A stretch of 64,000 nucleotides of DNA, from positions 42,222,001 to 42,286,000 of the forward strand of contig NC_135656.1 in the NCBI RefSeq assembly GCF_964188315.1, in the 5' to 3' direction. The translations under genes and the position numbers were made by a program. The DNA is from Podarcis muralis (taxonomy: Eukaryota). Below are positions 33,401-43,687 of the stretch, piece after piece (within the stretch, counting starts at the first letter, position 1; every line of letters begins with the position of its first letter). The notes beneath the pieces were generated by a model. The model was not told the DNA's origin, searched no databases, and worked only from the letters and a program-made list of their open reading frames with translations.

Positions 33401-36400
33401 TTTTTGTGGTTCATGCTGTGGCCACAAACGTGATCTGACGGTGAGTTTGGGGTAGCCCAATGCAAAAATCCTGTGGATCCATGTGGATCCATGCTTTGTA
33501 ACCACGTTTTTGCGCCATTGCAGCCCCATGAAACAGTGGGTGCGTGATTTTTTTGGTGCAGGCTGTAGCCATGGACATTTTATGTGATCTGATGGTGAAC
33601 CTGGGGTGACCCAGTGCAAAAATCCTGAGGATCCATGTGGATCCGTGCTTTGTAACCACGTTTTAAGTAGGGAGGGAAGGAAAAGCATTCAAGGGACAAG
33701 GAGCATGCGTGGGGTGTGTAGAGAAGGATGTGGCTAATGATGCAGGCAAGCGGTTAAAGGGGAGAAGGAACACGCGTGGGGTGTGTAGAGAAGGATGTGG
33801 CTAATGATGCAGGAGAGGGATTTAAGGGGAGAAGGAACACGCATGGGGTGTGAAGAGAAGGATGTGGCTAATGATGCAGGCGAGCGGTTAAAGGGGAGAA
33901 GGAACACGCGTGGGGTGGGTGGAGAAGGATGTGGCTAATGATGCAGGAGAGGGATTTAAGGGGAGAAGGAACACGCATGGGGTGTGTAGAGAAGGATGTG
34001 GCTAATGATGCAGGAGAGGGATTTAAGGGGAGAAGGAACACGCGTGGGGTGTGTAGAGAAGGATGTGGCTAATGATGCAGGCGAGCGGTTAAAGGGGAGA
34101 AGGAACACGCTTGGGGTGTGTGGAAAAGGATGTGGCTAATGATGCAGGAGAGGGATTTAAGGGGAGAAGGAGCTCGAGTGGGGTGTGTGGAAAAGGAGCT
34201 TTTCGGCGAGCTGAGAGGGGAGGGGGGAGGGAAAGAGCACTGTTGCTTTAAAGGAGCCAACCAGACAGCAGCCACTTACAGCAGTGTAAGCAGCTCCTTT
34301 CCTCTCCCACTTTGCTCCTTCTCTCCCTCTTTGCTGCTTTACGCAGCTAATGGCGAATCCCCTGCAACCCAAGTCCTGCTCAGCGGATCAGCTGAGACGC
34401 TGGGAGAATCGTAATTTCCCTCTCTCCCTCATCCCGTGCCCTCCTGTCCCCAGCAGCCTTTTTAAAAACTTTTTTACTGGTTTTCACTGCGCTCGTGGCT
34501 CAGAGCCCTCCTGTGCCCCGCCGTCCCTCTGCAGCCTCATTGCTCCGTTTAGAGAGCGTTGCTAGCTGAGGCTGCAGCAGCTGTTGCTGGCTACGCGGCG
34601 CTTTTCCGGCTCCCTATGGCTCCCGTCTGTTCCTCCTCGCGTGTAAGCGGCTGCTGCCCGCTTTGCTGCCATGGCTCTCCTTCCCTCCCTCCCTCCTCGG
34701 CTCCTCCCCCTCCTCCTGGCTGTAAAGCAAGCAAAGCTTGCTTTGCTTGACTGACGGCAGCCATGGATCCAGTCGAGTGCATTCGCTCCTTAACACGCAC
34801 AGGCATTTTCCCTTACTTTCTAGGAGCAAAAAAGTGCGTGTTTTGGAGCGAAAATTACGGTAAGTCTGTGATAGGGCTAGGAACAGTGATAGAGGAATAC
34901 ATAGGCTACAGAATAGAGGAATATATAGGCTACATAGATTACACCTACATTTGATAAATGCTTGAATAGCTTGATGACACATGTGTAACTTGCCATGTTA
35001 TAACTGAAACTTGGATATAACGACTTCTACTTCGGCCTGAAGGAAAATTTAGCCAACGTATCTCTATTGTGTAAGAAGAGAAGGTGCAAATTGGTTCTGT
35101 TCTTATGCAGTATGTATTGAAGTTTCCCTTATGAAATATCAATACAGTAAAGCACTATTAAATATAAACAGTTGGATAAAAGCACTATAGAAACCTCATA
35201 TTGGTTTTGGTTACACTTCTGATAGTGAAATAAGCCCCCTTTGGCAGTAAAGATGCCCAAATAAATCCATTAGTTCATATAAAGCATATTTTAGTTTCCT
35301 GTCCTATACTCACTTTTTATAAGTTTCTGTCATTTTGATTACCGTGTGTTGGATCCAGAGTTGCCCTTCTGTTCATTGAAACTATTCCATTTGTTGAAGG
35401 GACTGCAATCCAGCAGAAGCTTCTGCTGGAGGAAGAGCTGGTTTTTGTTTTTGTCATTTTATAGAAATACTCCAAATATAGAACAAAACCCTAGCTCCAG
35501 CATAACGTAAGTTGAAAATGCCTAGGCAGAAGCATCACCAGGAAGTCTATGGCAAGAGCTTTTCACTGACCATATTTACTCTTAAGTATTTTTTCTTTTA
35601 CAAAGTCTTGAGTGCATAGTGCTGCAAAAGTGATGGCTGTAAAATAAGGAAGATAACCAGAATTGCAGCATTCTTATTTTGTACTTAGGCATCATATTGA
35701 CTTGTGTTTCTACACTTCCTAGATGGCAGCTGAACATTTCAAGAAGGCTAGTTTCCACGTAGCTAAAAGTGTTCTGAATAGCAAGCACATTGTGAAAATG
35801 CTAGAAAAGTACCTCAAGGTAAGTAAGCAGGATGTTTGCTGTGTAGTCCTGCTTTTTCACAGAGCAAGAGCGCAGGAGCTTCAGCTTGGCCTCAACAGAG
35901 CATCACAGTAATATTGCTGAGTGTGCTGCATGTGTCTTTTTACATAAGATGGAGGGAAGCAAAATTATTTCTTTGCTATGAGCCTTGATTAGTGTCTTCC
36001 TCTCTAGCATTCACTCCCACTCCTCCCAGATGTGTTGGATACTCATACTAGCAGACACTGGCTGTATTCACACATTACACTAAACTGTAGTTAAAGGCTT
36101 AAAATGAATGCATATACAGGTTTCATTCACTCCTCCCTGAGCAGTGCAAGCAGAAGCGAGAAATGGCAGTCCCTGGTTTAGCATTATGTCCAAACCTAGG
36201 GTCGTGGTTTATTTCACTGCAAACAAATCATGATTAGGAAACCAAGAACAAACTTTGGATTCACATTGATTTGCTTGAAGTGAAACAAACCACAATCCCA
36301 GGTTCAGGCATAATGCTAAACTAGGGATCTGCATTTTTATGGCAAACCATTTACTGTGGCTTACTGTGATGTGTTAACGTGGCCAGTATAGAAGAAATTT

Positions 36401-39400
36401 ATAGCTGCTTACAACTAGATTAATTAGCAAAATAAATACTAACCTCAGGCTACCCTCTGCTAATATAAAATATAGCTGTGTTGAGGGGGAGCATTGTGAC
36501 CAACCTAAGCACTGCTTGAAAATTTATCTGGTTGGTTGAGAAAAAGCATTTTTTTCTTGCTCACAGCATGGAGTGGACTTTCTTGAGTAGAAAGGTAATG
36601 CTGATTTCCCTAATGAGTTTTCAGTTTCGTGTTAAAGAAAATTAACTTGGGAACAGCATCCAAAGTCAAAGCAAATTTTGTTAGTCCCAATGTTATTCCA
36701 AATATCACGTGTGGGAGAAAGTTGACATCAGGTAATCTGATCTCAACTGTTGGACAGTGCATGACATGAGTGAGACAAGGCCTCTCCAAAATATTTCACT
36801 ATGGCTCTGTAAATCAAACTAGCCTTTTACCCTGCTGAGAATGGAAAAGACGCCACTTATCTCCAAAGCAGGGATGTGATGAGCCAATAATGGGAAGAGT
36901 GGTAGCCTAGATGAGTATTTGCAGGTCTTGTGGAGACTCCTGTGTGACCATTGAGGGTTTGCTGATGTAGCATACATGGCCATATGTAATTGGTGAGTTC
37001 CACTTTTGATAGGAAAGCCTGCAGCCCTCTGACCAGGTGAAGACGAAAAGAAACAAGTTTGGCTGCTCCTATACCTGGGAATCCAGGAGCATTCCAAGAT
37101 TCAACAGGACCCTCTCATGGCAAGCATAACTAATGGGGGAGCAGATGTTGTCATTTCCTCTACATGTCCGCTCTGTCCCTATGGCAACACTTCGGTCTTA
37201 ACCAGACTGAGTTTCTGCCAATTAACTAGTCTCTGCTAGACAGACACTAGTAAAACTGAGACTCTGCTCTCTGGGTCCAGTGAAAAAAAATAAGCTGAGC
37301 ACATCAGCTTGTAGTTGACACTGATGGCCTATTTACTGAGGCTGGGTTCCCCCAGCGGCCTCTCATACACGTTGAACAAGAGGGGTGACAGAATAAACCC
37401 TGCGTAGCTCGCATGAGAGAGCCCTTGGGGCAGATGAGCAGTTGCCCAGTGCCACCCTCTGGGACATCTCGGAGGAAAAAATGGAACCACTCAAGCGCAA
37501 CTCCGTCTACCCCTGCTAGGGTCCGCAGGTGCCTCAGCAACACCTCATGATCAACAGTATCAAAGGCTGCCGACAGGTCTAACAGAATCAGCATGGACAC
37601 CTGAACTTTGTCCATCAGCAGGAGGAGATCTTCGACCCACCCAGCACAGTCTCCGTACCATACCCAGGTGCAAAACCAGGCTGAGAGGGGTGAAGGAAAT
37701 CTGAGGATTCCAGGTAATGCCAGAGCTGCCCCATCAAAAATCTTCTCAGCACCTTCCCCAAGAAAGGAAGGCTGGAGGCAGGGTGATGCAGTTGGCATCA
37801 AGAAATTATTCTTGAACATTGGCATATTACTTCCTCCCTTAAAGGATGCTGGCACCTTGCCCTTCCTGAGGAAGCTTTTGACTTTGAATCCCCACCCCTT
37901 TAATTGGCGATTAATGGACACATCCAAATCGCGGGGTAGAGCCTAGAGCTCTGAAACTACAGAACATCAGTGAATAAAGCTGGTTGGCTGATTTTCAGTC
38001 AAAGAAGATGGCGCTACTTGTCTTTCACCTGCATGGATCTTCTTTCATGGAGGCAGTTAGTCTCCAACTGGGTCATAAAATATAAATGTTTAGTTGCTAG
38101 GTGCAGAAATCCTTGGCAGTACTGTATCTGGCCCAATTTTTGTGGGTTGGGACTGCTTGGATATAGATGGAAAAGCAGGACTCCAGAAGAGAACTTGGAA
38201 CTCATGTGCCTCATGAGTATTGTGGTTCAGAAATTGTCACTTGAATTTGATCAGGTTAAGGGCTAGATTTCTGCACTGGCATGCTGCCTTTCCGTTGTAC
38301 ATCAGATGCAGGTCAGCCACGAGTGATCCACGAAAGCAGGGTGGGGTGGGGGAGAAAATGGTTTTAATCCCCGTACATGACAGACATTGGTTTTGAGAAT
38401 CAGCAGAACAACACTAGTGTGTCTGCTGTTTCCATATGGTGTTTCCTTTAATAAAGAACAGAAATTCTAGCAAGAGCAAAAGAGAGGGCTGACCCTGATA
38501 TGGTCAGTGACAAGCCATGACCTCAGTCTGAATGAGTTTGGTGTGCCTGCTGTATGAGTGGTTCCCAGTACAGTCATTCCCTTAGGTTTCTTGGACACAA
38601 AGAGTGTTCTGCTTAATGAGATCACAAAAATGTATGAGTACCCATCATTGGTTTATAGCCTTATGTCAGCATATAGACTTGCTAGTGTTGAATAGTGTGG
38701 TGAGAGAGCTGAGCACTTCATAGCTGTGATGCAACTGGGTATTTCCTAAAAACAGTTTCTGCCTCTAAGCTGAAGGCTCAAAAGGTGTGTAGAAAATTAT
38801 TTAAGATTCCACTGGATTTTTCTATTATAGAATTACATCTCTTGATGCTACAGTAAATATACTGCAGCAAAGTGCATTCCAAGCTTACTCCTGTGAGGCA
38901 GACACATTATCAGCTTTCCAAATAGTACCACAGGCTTTAGGGTGCTGGCAGGCACATGTGAAAGAATTTTGCAAAAATGTAGTCCGTTAAGTTGTTTGAG
39001 GCAAGAAAGGCTATTGTGCTTTGAAGTGAGGGTGCTCAAATTTCAATCACTCAGTTGCAAACTTCTGCATTCTAGGTTTGAGGCTGTCTAAGGGAGGTTC
39101 AGACAATTTTGTGAGTCAGTAATAATATGCTTCTTCCCTTTGTCAGGGTGATGACCCATTTACAGATGAAAACATTGACCAAGTTGTTGATGACTCTGGA
39201 GCCTTAGAGGGGGCAGAAGCTGAAAAGGCTACAGAAAGTGCTGCAGTAGAGAGAAAAGAGAGTGCTGCAGATGAGATCACAACCACTGAAGTCAGTGAAA
39301 CTGCTAAACCAGAGGGGGATGAGAGAGCTTGCTCTACTATAATCTTTTCTGAAGATAAATCTGCAGAGGAGGAGGAGCAGGAAAAAGAGAGAATCAAGCC

Positions 39401-39587
39401 AGTAGGAACAACAGAGGGACTGTCTGCCCATCTTCAAAAAAGCTTTGAAGTGAGAGCAGCAGAAAGCCAAGTGGAGGAACAAGAGCATTTGGAGATGAGA
39501 GAAGGGAACTCCACTGAAATGGCAACAGCTGAAAACAGTGACACCAAGGAGGAACCAGTTATTGTAGCAAATGCAGAGCTGCCATAG
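20958..39587 (+). CDS. AKAP8: A-kinase anchor protein 8 (AKAP95), complete spliced CDS, 14 exons, 707 aa
   Basis: Exons 20958-20973, 22536-22574, 23138-23170, 24456-24744, 25485-25998, 26421-26565, 26926-26972, 27134-27170, 29294-29393, 30667-30808, 31382-31475, 32045-32175, 35723-35818, 39147-39587 sum to 2124 nt with all phases compatible. Starts MDQGYG; contains [64 protein letters not shown]|GDDPFT as recalled for AKAP8. Confidence 0.95.
21604..22100 (-). mobile_element. CR1 LINE fragment (ORF2 C-terminus), antisense in AKAP8 intron 1
   Basis: ORF 21722-21919 (-): [17 protein letters not shown]...[23 protein letters not shown], typical CR1 ORF2 end. Confidence 0.85.
22536..22574 (+). CDS. 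AKAP8: AKAP8 exon 2
   Basis: ttacag|GT TAT AGT TCC TGG ... CAA G|gtaagt; 39 nt; [13 protein letters not shown]. Confidence 0.88.
23138..23170 (+). CDS. AKAP8: AKAP8 exon 3
   Basis: ttaaaag|GT GGC TAT ... TGG CAA G|gtatgt; 33 nt; [11 protein letters not shown]. Confidence 0.88.
24456..24744 (+). CDS. AKAP8: AKAP8 exon 4
   Basis: ttccag|GC TAT GAA ... GGA AG|gtaaac; 289 nt; [10 protein letters not shown]...[21 protein letters not shown]. Confidence 0.94.
25485..25998 (+). CDS. AKAP8: AKAP8 exon 5
   Basis: atacag|C TCT TTC AGA ... GGC AGA|gtaagt; 514 nt; [13 protein letters not shown]...RLPSLFSQ...[11 protein letters not shown]. An in-frame alternative acceptor lies 9 nt downstream (AG at 25492-25493). 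Confidence 0.94.
26421..26565 (+). CDS. AKAP8: AKAP8 exon 6 (NLS region)
   Basis: ttctag|CCA AAG AGG ... GAC AAG G|gtaatg; 145 nt; [12 protein letters not shown]...[15 protein letters not shown]. Confidence 0.9.
26926..26972 (+). CDS. AKAP8: AKAP8 exon 7
   Basis: tgacag|AT AAT GGT ... AAA GGT|gtaagt; 47 nt; [16 protein letters not shown]. Confidence 0.85.
27134..27170 (+). CDS. AKAP8: AKAP8 exon 8
   Basis: ttaaag|GAG CAT ... AGG AAA G|gtaggg; 37 nt; [12 protein letters not shown]; phases fit the neighbouring exons. Confidence 0.8.
27291..27505. mobile_element. Tigger/pogo-like MITE
   Basis: TA|CAGTGGTACCTCGGGTTAC ... GTAACCCAAGGTACCACTG|TA. Confidence 0.87.
27950..28017 (-). mobile_element. 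CR1/Squam3 3'-tail fragment
   Basis: agagttggaagggacc...tcgtccaaccc...aatgcaggaat is the reverse complement of the CR1-derived tail. Confidence 0.6.
29294..29393 (+). CDS. AKAP8: AKAP8 exon 9
   Basis: ctgtag|CA TCT GGT ... GAC AG|gtaact; 100 nt; [32 protein letters not shown]. Confidence 0.92.
30667..30808 (+). CDS. AKAP8: AKAP8 exon 10 (zinc finger 1)
   Basis: ctttag|A ATC CAG ... CTG CAG|gtatgc; 142 nt. Confidence 0.95.
30945..31080. mobile_element. 136-bp palindromic hAT MITE
   Basis: TIR CAGGCTTCCTCAACCTC/GAGGTTGAGGAAGCCTG; perfect 8-bp TSD aactaggt. Confidence 0.92.
31382..31475 (+). CDS. AKAP8: AKAP8 exon 11
   Basis: ccccag|AAA TAT ATA ... TTC AAA G|gtaagt; 94 nt; [31 protein letters not shown]. 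Confidence 0.93.
32045..32175 (+). CDS. AKAP8: AKAP8 exon 12 (zinc finger 2)
   Basis: tttcag|GA ATT GGC ... CGC AGA|gtaagc; 131 nt. Confidence 0.95.
32455..32765 (-). mobile_element. Degenerate LINE 3' tail (A/C-rich on + strand)
   Basis: Reverse complement ends tgtaagctgctttg...gaaaagctgcacagaaat after a long T/G-rich stretch. Confidence 0.45.
33297..34860. mobile_element. 1564-bp non-autonomous Tc1/mariner-superfamily (Tc2/pogo-like) DNA transposon
   Basis: TA|CCGTATTTTTCGCTCTATAACACGCAC ... GTGCGTGTTTTGGAGCGAAAATTACGG|TA; 27-bp TIR with 3 mismatches; no transposase ORF; internal ~80-bp direct duplication (33430-33510 / 33585-33662). Confidence 0.88.
33695..34199. repeat. 67-bp G-rich minisatellite, about 7.5 units
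   Basis: Marker aagga recurs at 33724, 33791, 33858, 33925, 33992, 34059, 34126 and 34193. Confidence 0.97.
35723..35818 (+). CDS. AKAP8: AKAP8 exon 13
   Basis: tcctag|ATG GCA GCT ... CTC AAG|gtaagt; 96 nt; [32 protein letters not shown]. Confidence 0.95.
36060..36384. mobile_element. Old palindromic MITE-like element (possibly PIF/Harbinger-type)
   Basis: Ends ggctgtattcacacat/atgtgttaacgtggcc; internal inverted arms about 36172-36212 and 36287-36325; no clear TSD. Confidence 0.4.
36900..37890 (-). mobile_element. Degenerate L2-clade LINE reverse transcriptase fragment, antisense in AKAP8 intron 13
   Basis: ORF 37304-37927 (-) contains KVPASFK and [19 protein letters not shown]; frameshifted; decayed GF.PGYGTET and YADD-like segments. 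Confidence 0.85.
39147..39587 (+). CDS. AKAP8: AKAP8 exon 14, coding part (TAG 39585-39587)
   Basis: tgtcag|GGT GAT GAC CCA TTT ACA ... CTG CCA TAG; 146 aa, acidic tail. Confidence 0.92.
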   Translation, partial: GDDPFTDENIDQVVDDSGALEGAEAEKATESAAVERKESAADEITTTEVSETAKPEGDERACSTIIFSEDKSAEEEEQEKERIKPVGTTEGLSAHLQKSFEVRAAESQVEEQEHLEMREGNSTEMATAENSDTKEEPVIVANAELP

Positions 39588-40330
39588 GAATGACCATATA
39601 AATGACTGTATCAATTGATTGTATGAAGATGATTTTGACTGGCTTAGCTGTATAATCTCCCCCCCCCCCCAAATACACCCTGGAAAAAAATCTTATGTCA
39701 GTGCAGTACCTGTATGTGCATTTCTAGAGTGCTGCCAATTTTGTTATTGATTTGAAGAAAGGAATTCATCTATTCTGTTATGAAAGCAGTCTTGTTCTTC
39801 ATTGTTGTATGGAGAATGGGAAGTCTAATCCACTTTTAGGTTGGAGGGCGTACAGAAGGCTGTATATTCCCCAAGAAAGGTTTGGTGACTTATTCATTGT
39901 AGAATGAACAACACTATTTGAAAAAAACAAAGTTGTTAATCATTCGGCTCCTTCCAGGTGTCATTTTTCAGTATTGAAGGAATATAGCTTAATTTGGAAA
40001 CGAAATTTGGCCTCTTTATGAAGGAGTAGATTAGTGAAGTCTGTGTGTGTTTTTGCTTGTGAAAATGTTTGCTCATTTAAGTTCCTAAAGAAAAGACTTG
40101 CTGCCTTGAAAAGTGTTACTTTCTTTATCCAGTTTGCAATATTGCATGAAAATAGCATCTGTAACTTGTTTTTAAGCACCAAGATGATTGTGTGTCACAC
40201 TGGGGTTATTGTTTCTACTGAGCACTATTTCAGATTTTCTGGCTAGCAAGCTGCAGCTTGTACATTATGCTGGTACAGAGGCATAGCCTAAGGGAGAAAA
40301 GTTATACCACCAATGAATCTCCATTCTCTT

Positions 40331-40535
40331 AATAAAAATCACAAACGTATCATTCATGGAGTGAATTGCCAAATATTGCCCTGTGAGTATTGAAGCAGTA
40401 CCAAGACCAGCAAAATAAAAGCAGATTTGTGAGTGTTAGGATTGATGCTCATAGTATAAAGCTTTAAGAGTGGAATGGAGCACTATTTGTAAAGAAAACA
40501 ACAACCCCAGTCTTTTGTCTTAGCAGTTAAATAAA
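40331..40535 (+). terminator. AKAP8 candidate polyadenylation signals (three AATAAA)
   Basis: AATAAA at 40331-40336, 40414-40419 and 40530-40535, 0.75-0.95 kb after the stop. Confidence 0.55.
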
Positions 40536-40842
40536 CTTCTGAAACTGAAAACTAGTATCTTACATTTAGTTGGCTCCAAAACATGTGCTGTCTTAACAAT
40601 GTGGTCACATTATTGCTCATGTTAGAAGAGCAGTTGACTGACTGCTGTCTAGAACACACACATCCCACACACGCTAATGCTAGAGCTACCATACATGGAA
40701 AATAAATTTATCTCTGCTGTGTGGTTGAAGGAGAGGAATAAATACTAAATCCAGTTTCTATATCAAAAGCATTCATTGATAATCTAGAGCCAGGGTGAGC
40801 AGTGAGGTAGTCGGGCTTGTGGTTGATACCAAAGGTTGAGAC

Positions 40843-41252
40843 CAGGGATCGTTAGGAAATGAGTTGAAAATAAAACTGCAACAACACTTTGAGTACTGCA
40901 TACAGTTCTGGTTTCCTCCTTTCAAGACACTATAGAGCTGGGAAGAGTTCAGAAAAGGACAACCAAAATTATCCAAGTCCTCATAAGGAAAGGTTAGAGC
41001 ATTCAGGGCTTTTTAGTTTAGAGAAAAGCTGGGGTATGATTTAGGTGTATAAGATGATACATAGTGTGGAGAAGGTTGACAGAAAAGTTTATCCATCATA
41101 CTAGAATCCAGGGCCATCCTTATGAAGTTATAATGGTGGAAGATTCAGTACAGACAAAAGTACTGCTTCACACAATAACTGGAACTTGCTCCCAGAAGAT
41201 GGAGTGATGATCACCACCGTGGATGGCTTTAAAAGAGAATATGACACATTCA
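40843..41252 (+). mobile_element. Degenerate CR1 LINE fragment
   Basis: gggatcgttaggaaatgagttgaaaataaaactgc, gagtactgcatacagttctgg, ctttttagtttagagaaaag, ggatggctttaaaagag. Confidence 0.8.
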
Positions 41253-42401
41253 ACTGAATATCCCACTACTTCGACTTGATACTACTTGGAAGTTATCTTT
41301 GCATTGACACTTGGTGGTAGAGCACGTGTTTTTGCACACACCACAGCCCAGATTCAATCCCTGGTGTTTCCAGTTAAATGGTTCAGTCTCAGCCAAGGCT
41401 CTGGAGGGCTGCTGCAAATCGGAGGAGGCAGCACAGTACTACATGGACAAATAGTTGGACCTGGTATAAGGAAGCTTCCTATATGAATATTGATACCATT
41501 ATTTTAATTCATGCAACTTCCCATTCTTATATTTCACCACAAATCGTTCTTTTTCAATAAGCACTTTAATGGTTTATCACTGAATAAAAGGAACGGTAAC
41601 AATAGAAAGTTGCATGAAGGAATTGCCAATTATTACATGACAATCAGGCTAAGATAGAAGAGTGAGCGATCCTCCCTTAAGTAGCTGCAGCCATAGTTCA
41701 GAGCAGTGTAATCGGTCAATTCCCACTTCACATTAAGAAGTAGTAATTCCTGCCCCATATTCTACCTCCATGAGGGCAGCTTTTGCATCTATAACAAAAT
41801 CATCTTCGTGCAATTGAACCTTGAACAGTGGACATTCTCATAGTTAGCAGGTTATACAGGTTAAAACAGGTCCCTGCCAAAACAGCTGGTACTCTACTGA
41901 GATTGGCATGCCTGAGATGAACCATTACTTGTTCCCCTCTCTTTCCTTGAGAGCAGAACACTCCTTTTACTCCTTTGTGATGGACCACTCCTTGGCATGT
42001 GCTTTGTATAGTACAGTATATTGCAAATCAGACTCTGTTTTCCTTGGGTCTGCTTTTGTCATCAAAGTAATGAAGCATGCATGACAAAAACCCATTTGAT
42101 TAGAGCTAGGAGCTGGCTGGAAAGGGGGGAGCAGAATAATTGTTCAATCATGTTCTTTACAAATTTGAAAATTTGTCTGAATGTAGTCAATGATTAGCAT
42201 TTATCTGTTATTTTATTGTATAATCTTGTGGGTAAAGCAGTTTCTCAGCTCCAGACCAGGTTCTCTCATTGCCTGCAGACTATTTAGTTATAAAGGTGAT
42301 TATCTCTTTGTGGTCCTATGACATGTACCGTATATGCTAAGCTTCGATTTATGGTCTTCACTAGCAGTTAACTTTTGTTCATATGAGGGAAGTTACAACT
42401 A

Positions 42402-42631
42402 CAGTGTACCTCAGGTTACAGACGCTTCAGGTTACATACGCTTCAGGTTACAGACTCCACTAACCCAGAAATAGTGCTTCAGGTTAAGAACTTTGCTTCA
42501 GGATGAGAACAGAAATCGTGCTCCGGCAGCGGAAGGCCCCATTAGCTAAAGTGCTGCTTCAGGTTAAGAACAGTTTCAGGTTAAGAACGGACCTTCGGAA
42601 CGAATTAAGTACTTTACCCGAGGTACCACTG
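42402..42631. mobile_element. Tigger/pogo-like MITE, subfamily A
   Basis: TA|CAGTGTACCTCAGGTTAC ... CCCGAGGTACCACTG|TA; about 7 same-orientation cttcaggtta motifs; sister of 913-1128. Confidence 0.87.
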
Positions 42632-42954
42632 TACTGTAAATCACACACAAAAAGCCCACATAACTTATCTGGCTAAGGTAACATTTTCCCCATTATATAG
42701 GAGCATTTGTAAGTGGGAGAGCATACAGTGAGCATAACTCATTACTGAGTTAGATGGACTAATGATCTGCTTCAATATATGGCAGCTCCCAAAGTTCCTA
42801 TGATAGGTGCATTAGTGTTATATTCCAGTATTACAGATAACCTACCTCATTAACATATGCATTCCTATATCTACACCACTACCAGTGTTTCTGAGTAGAC
42901 ATGACACTCCTCTTTTATTTGTACGCTCAGGTACAAATAAATTAATGGGGCTTA

Positions 42955-43305
42955 TTTATTGCATTTAGATCCCTCCTTTCCTCAAAGGAGCTCAAGGTGT
43001 TCTTTCCCATTTCATCTTTCCAACAGTCCTGTGAGATAGTTGGGTCAAGAAAGTGACTGGCCAAAGGTCACTCAGTTTGGTGAGTGTGCTACTGCTGCAC
43101 ACATTTTTGGCCGAGTTGGGACTTAAAACCTGGTCCTAATCTGACAGGGCTTTTTTTTCACAGCCAAAACTCAGTTCCAGCACCTCTCAGGTGGGCACCA
43201 TTGCTATTATAAGAGAAACAAGGGAGGCGTTCGTGGCAAGTTCAAGCACCTCTTTTTTATATATAGAAAAATAGCACTGTTAACACTCTAACCACTACTC
43301 CAGCT
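42955..43305 (-). mobile_element. MIR/CORE-like (Squam2-type) SINE interrupted by a ~135-bp TIR element (43145-43279)
   Basis: caacagtcctgtgagatag...gtgactggccaaaggtcac...acactctaaccactac; insert ends CAGGGCTTTTTT/AAAAATAGCACTG. Family name is from memory. Confidence 0.55.
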
Positions 43306-43687
43306 TACTCTCAAGTAGGAATGTAGGAAAGCAGCCCAAATGTTTTAAATGTCGAAGTAACTTCTGGGTTTTGTTGTAAGCTGCCACTTTCCTTCACATA
43401 AGATATAGCTGCTGACTGCTATAGTTCTAGTTTGGAAAGCGGCCTAGATGGCACCTTTCTTGAATTACGCAGAAGGTCATCCCATTTCTAAAGCTAGCAA
43501 TACTTTTAACAGTTCATAGGCAACCTTGTGATCTTCTCCTGCTACTAAATGGCCACTGTTCTGTCTCCTATTAAATGTTTCTCACTGTCCACTACACGCC
43601 CTGTTACACGAGGACAGCAGCTGGGAAGTTTCCATTCATTTAATAGTTATTACAAGTAAGATGAACTGTGTTGCTTGAGGGTACTAA

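Noticed and set aside
33256-33688. ORFs inside the 1.56-kb transposon as a transposase
   Set aside because: Short, derived from the internal duplication, with no HTH or DDE/DDD motif.
33695-34199. 67-bp array as a CRISPR-like repeat
   Set aside because: Contiguous near-identical units with no unique spacers, in a vertebrate intron with no cas genes.
37304-37927. Longest ORF on the track (207 aa, minus strand) as a host gene
   Set aside because: Contains the LINE RT motif [13 protein letters not shown] amid frameshifted debris; it is decayed L2-clade sequence.
438-39587. Either gene being ZNF326 or a pseudogene
   Set aside because: Diagnostic peptides match AKAP8L and AKAP8, and all exons are in frame with canonical splice sites.
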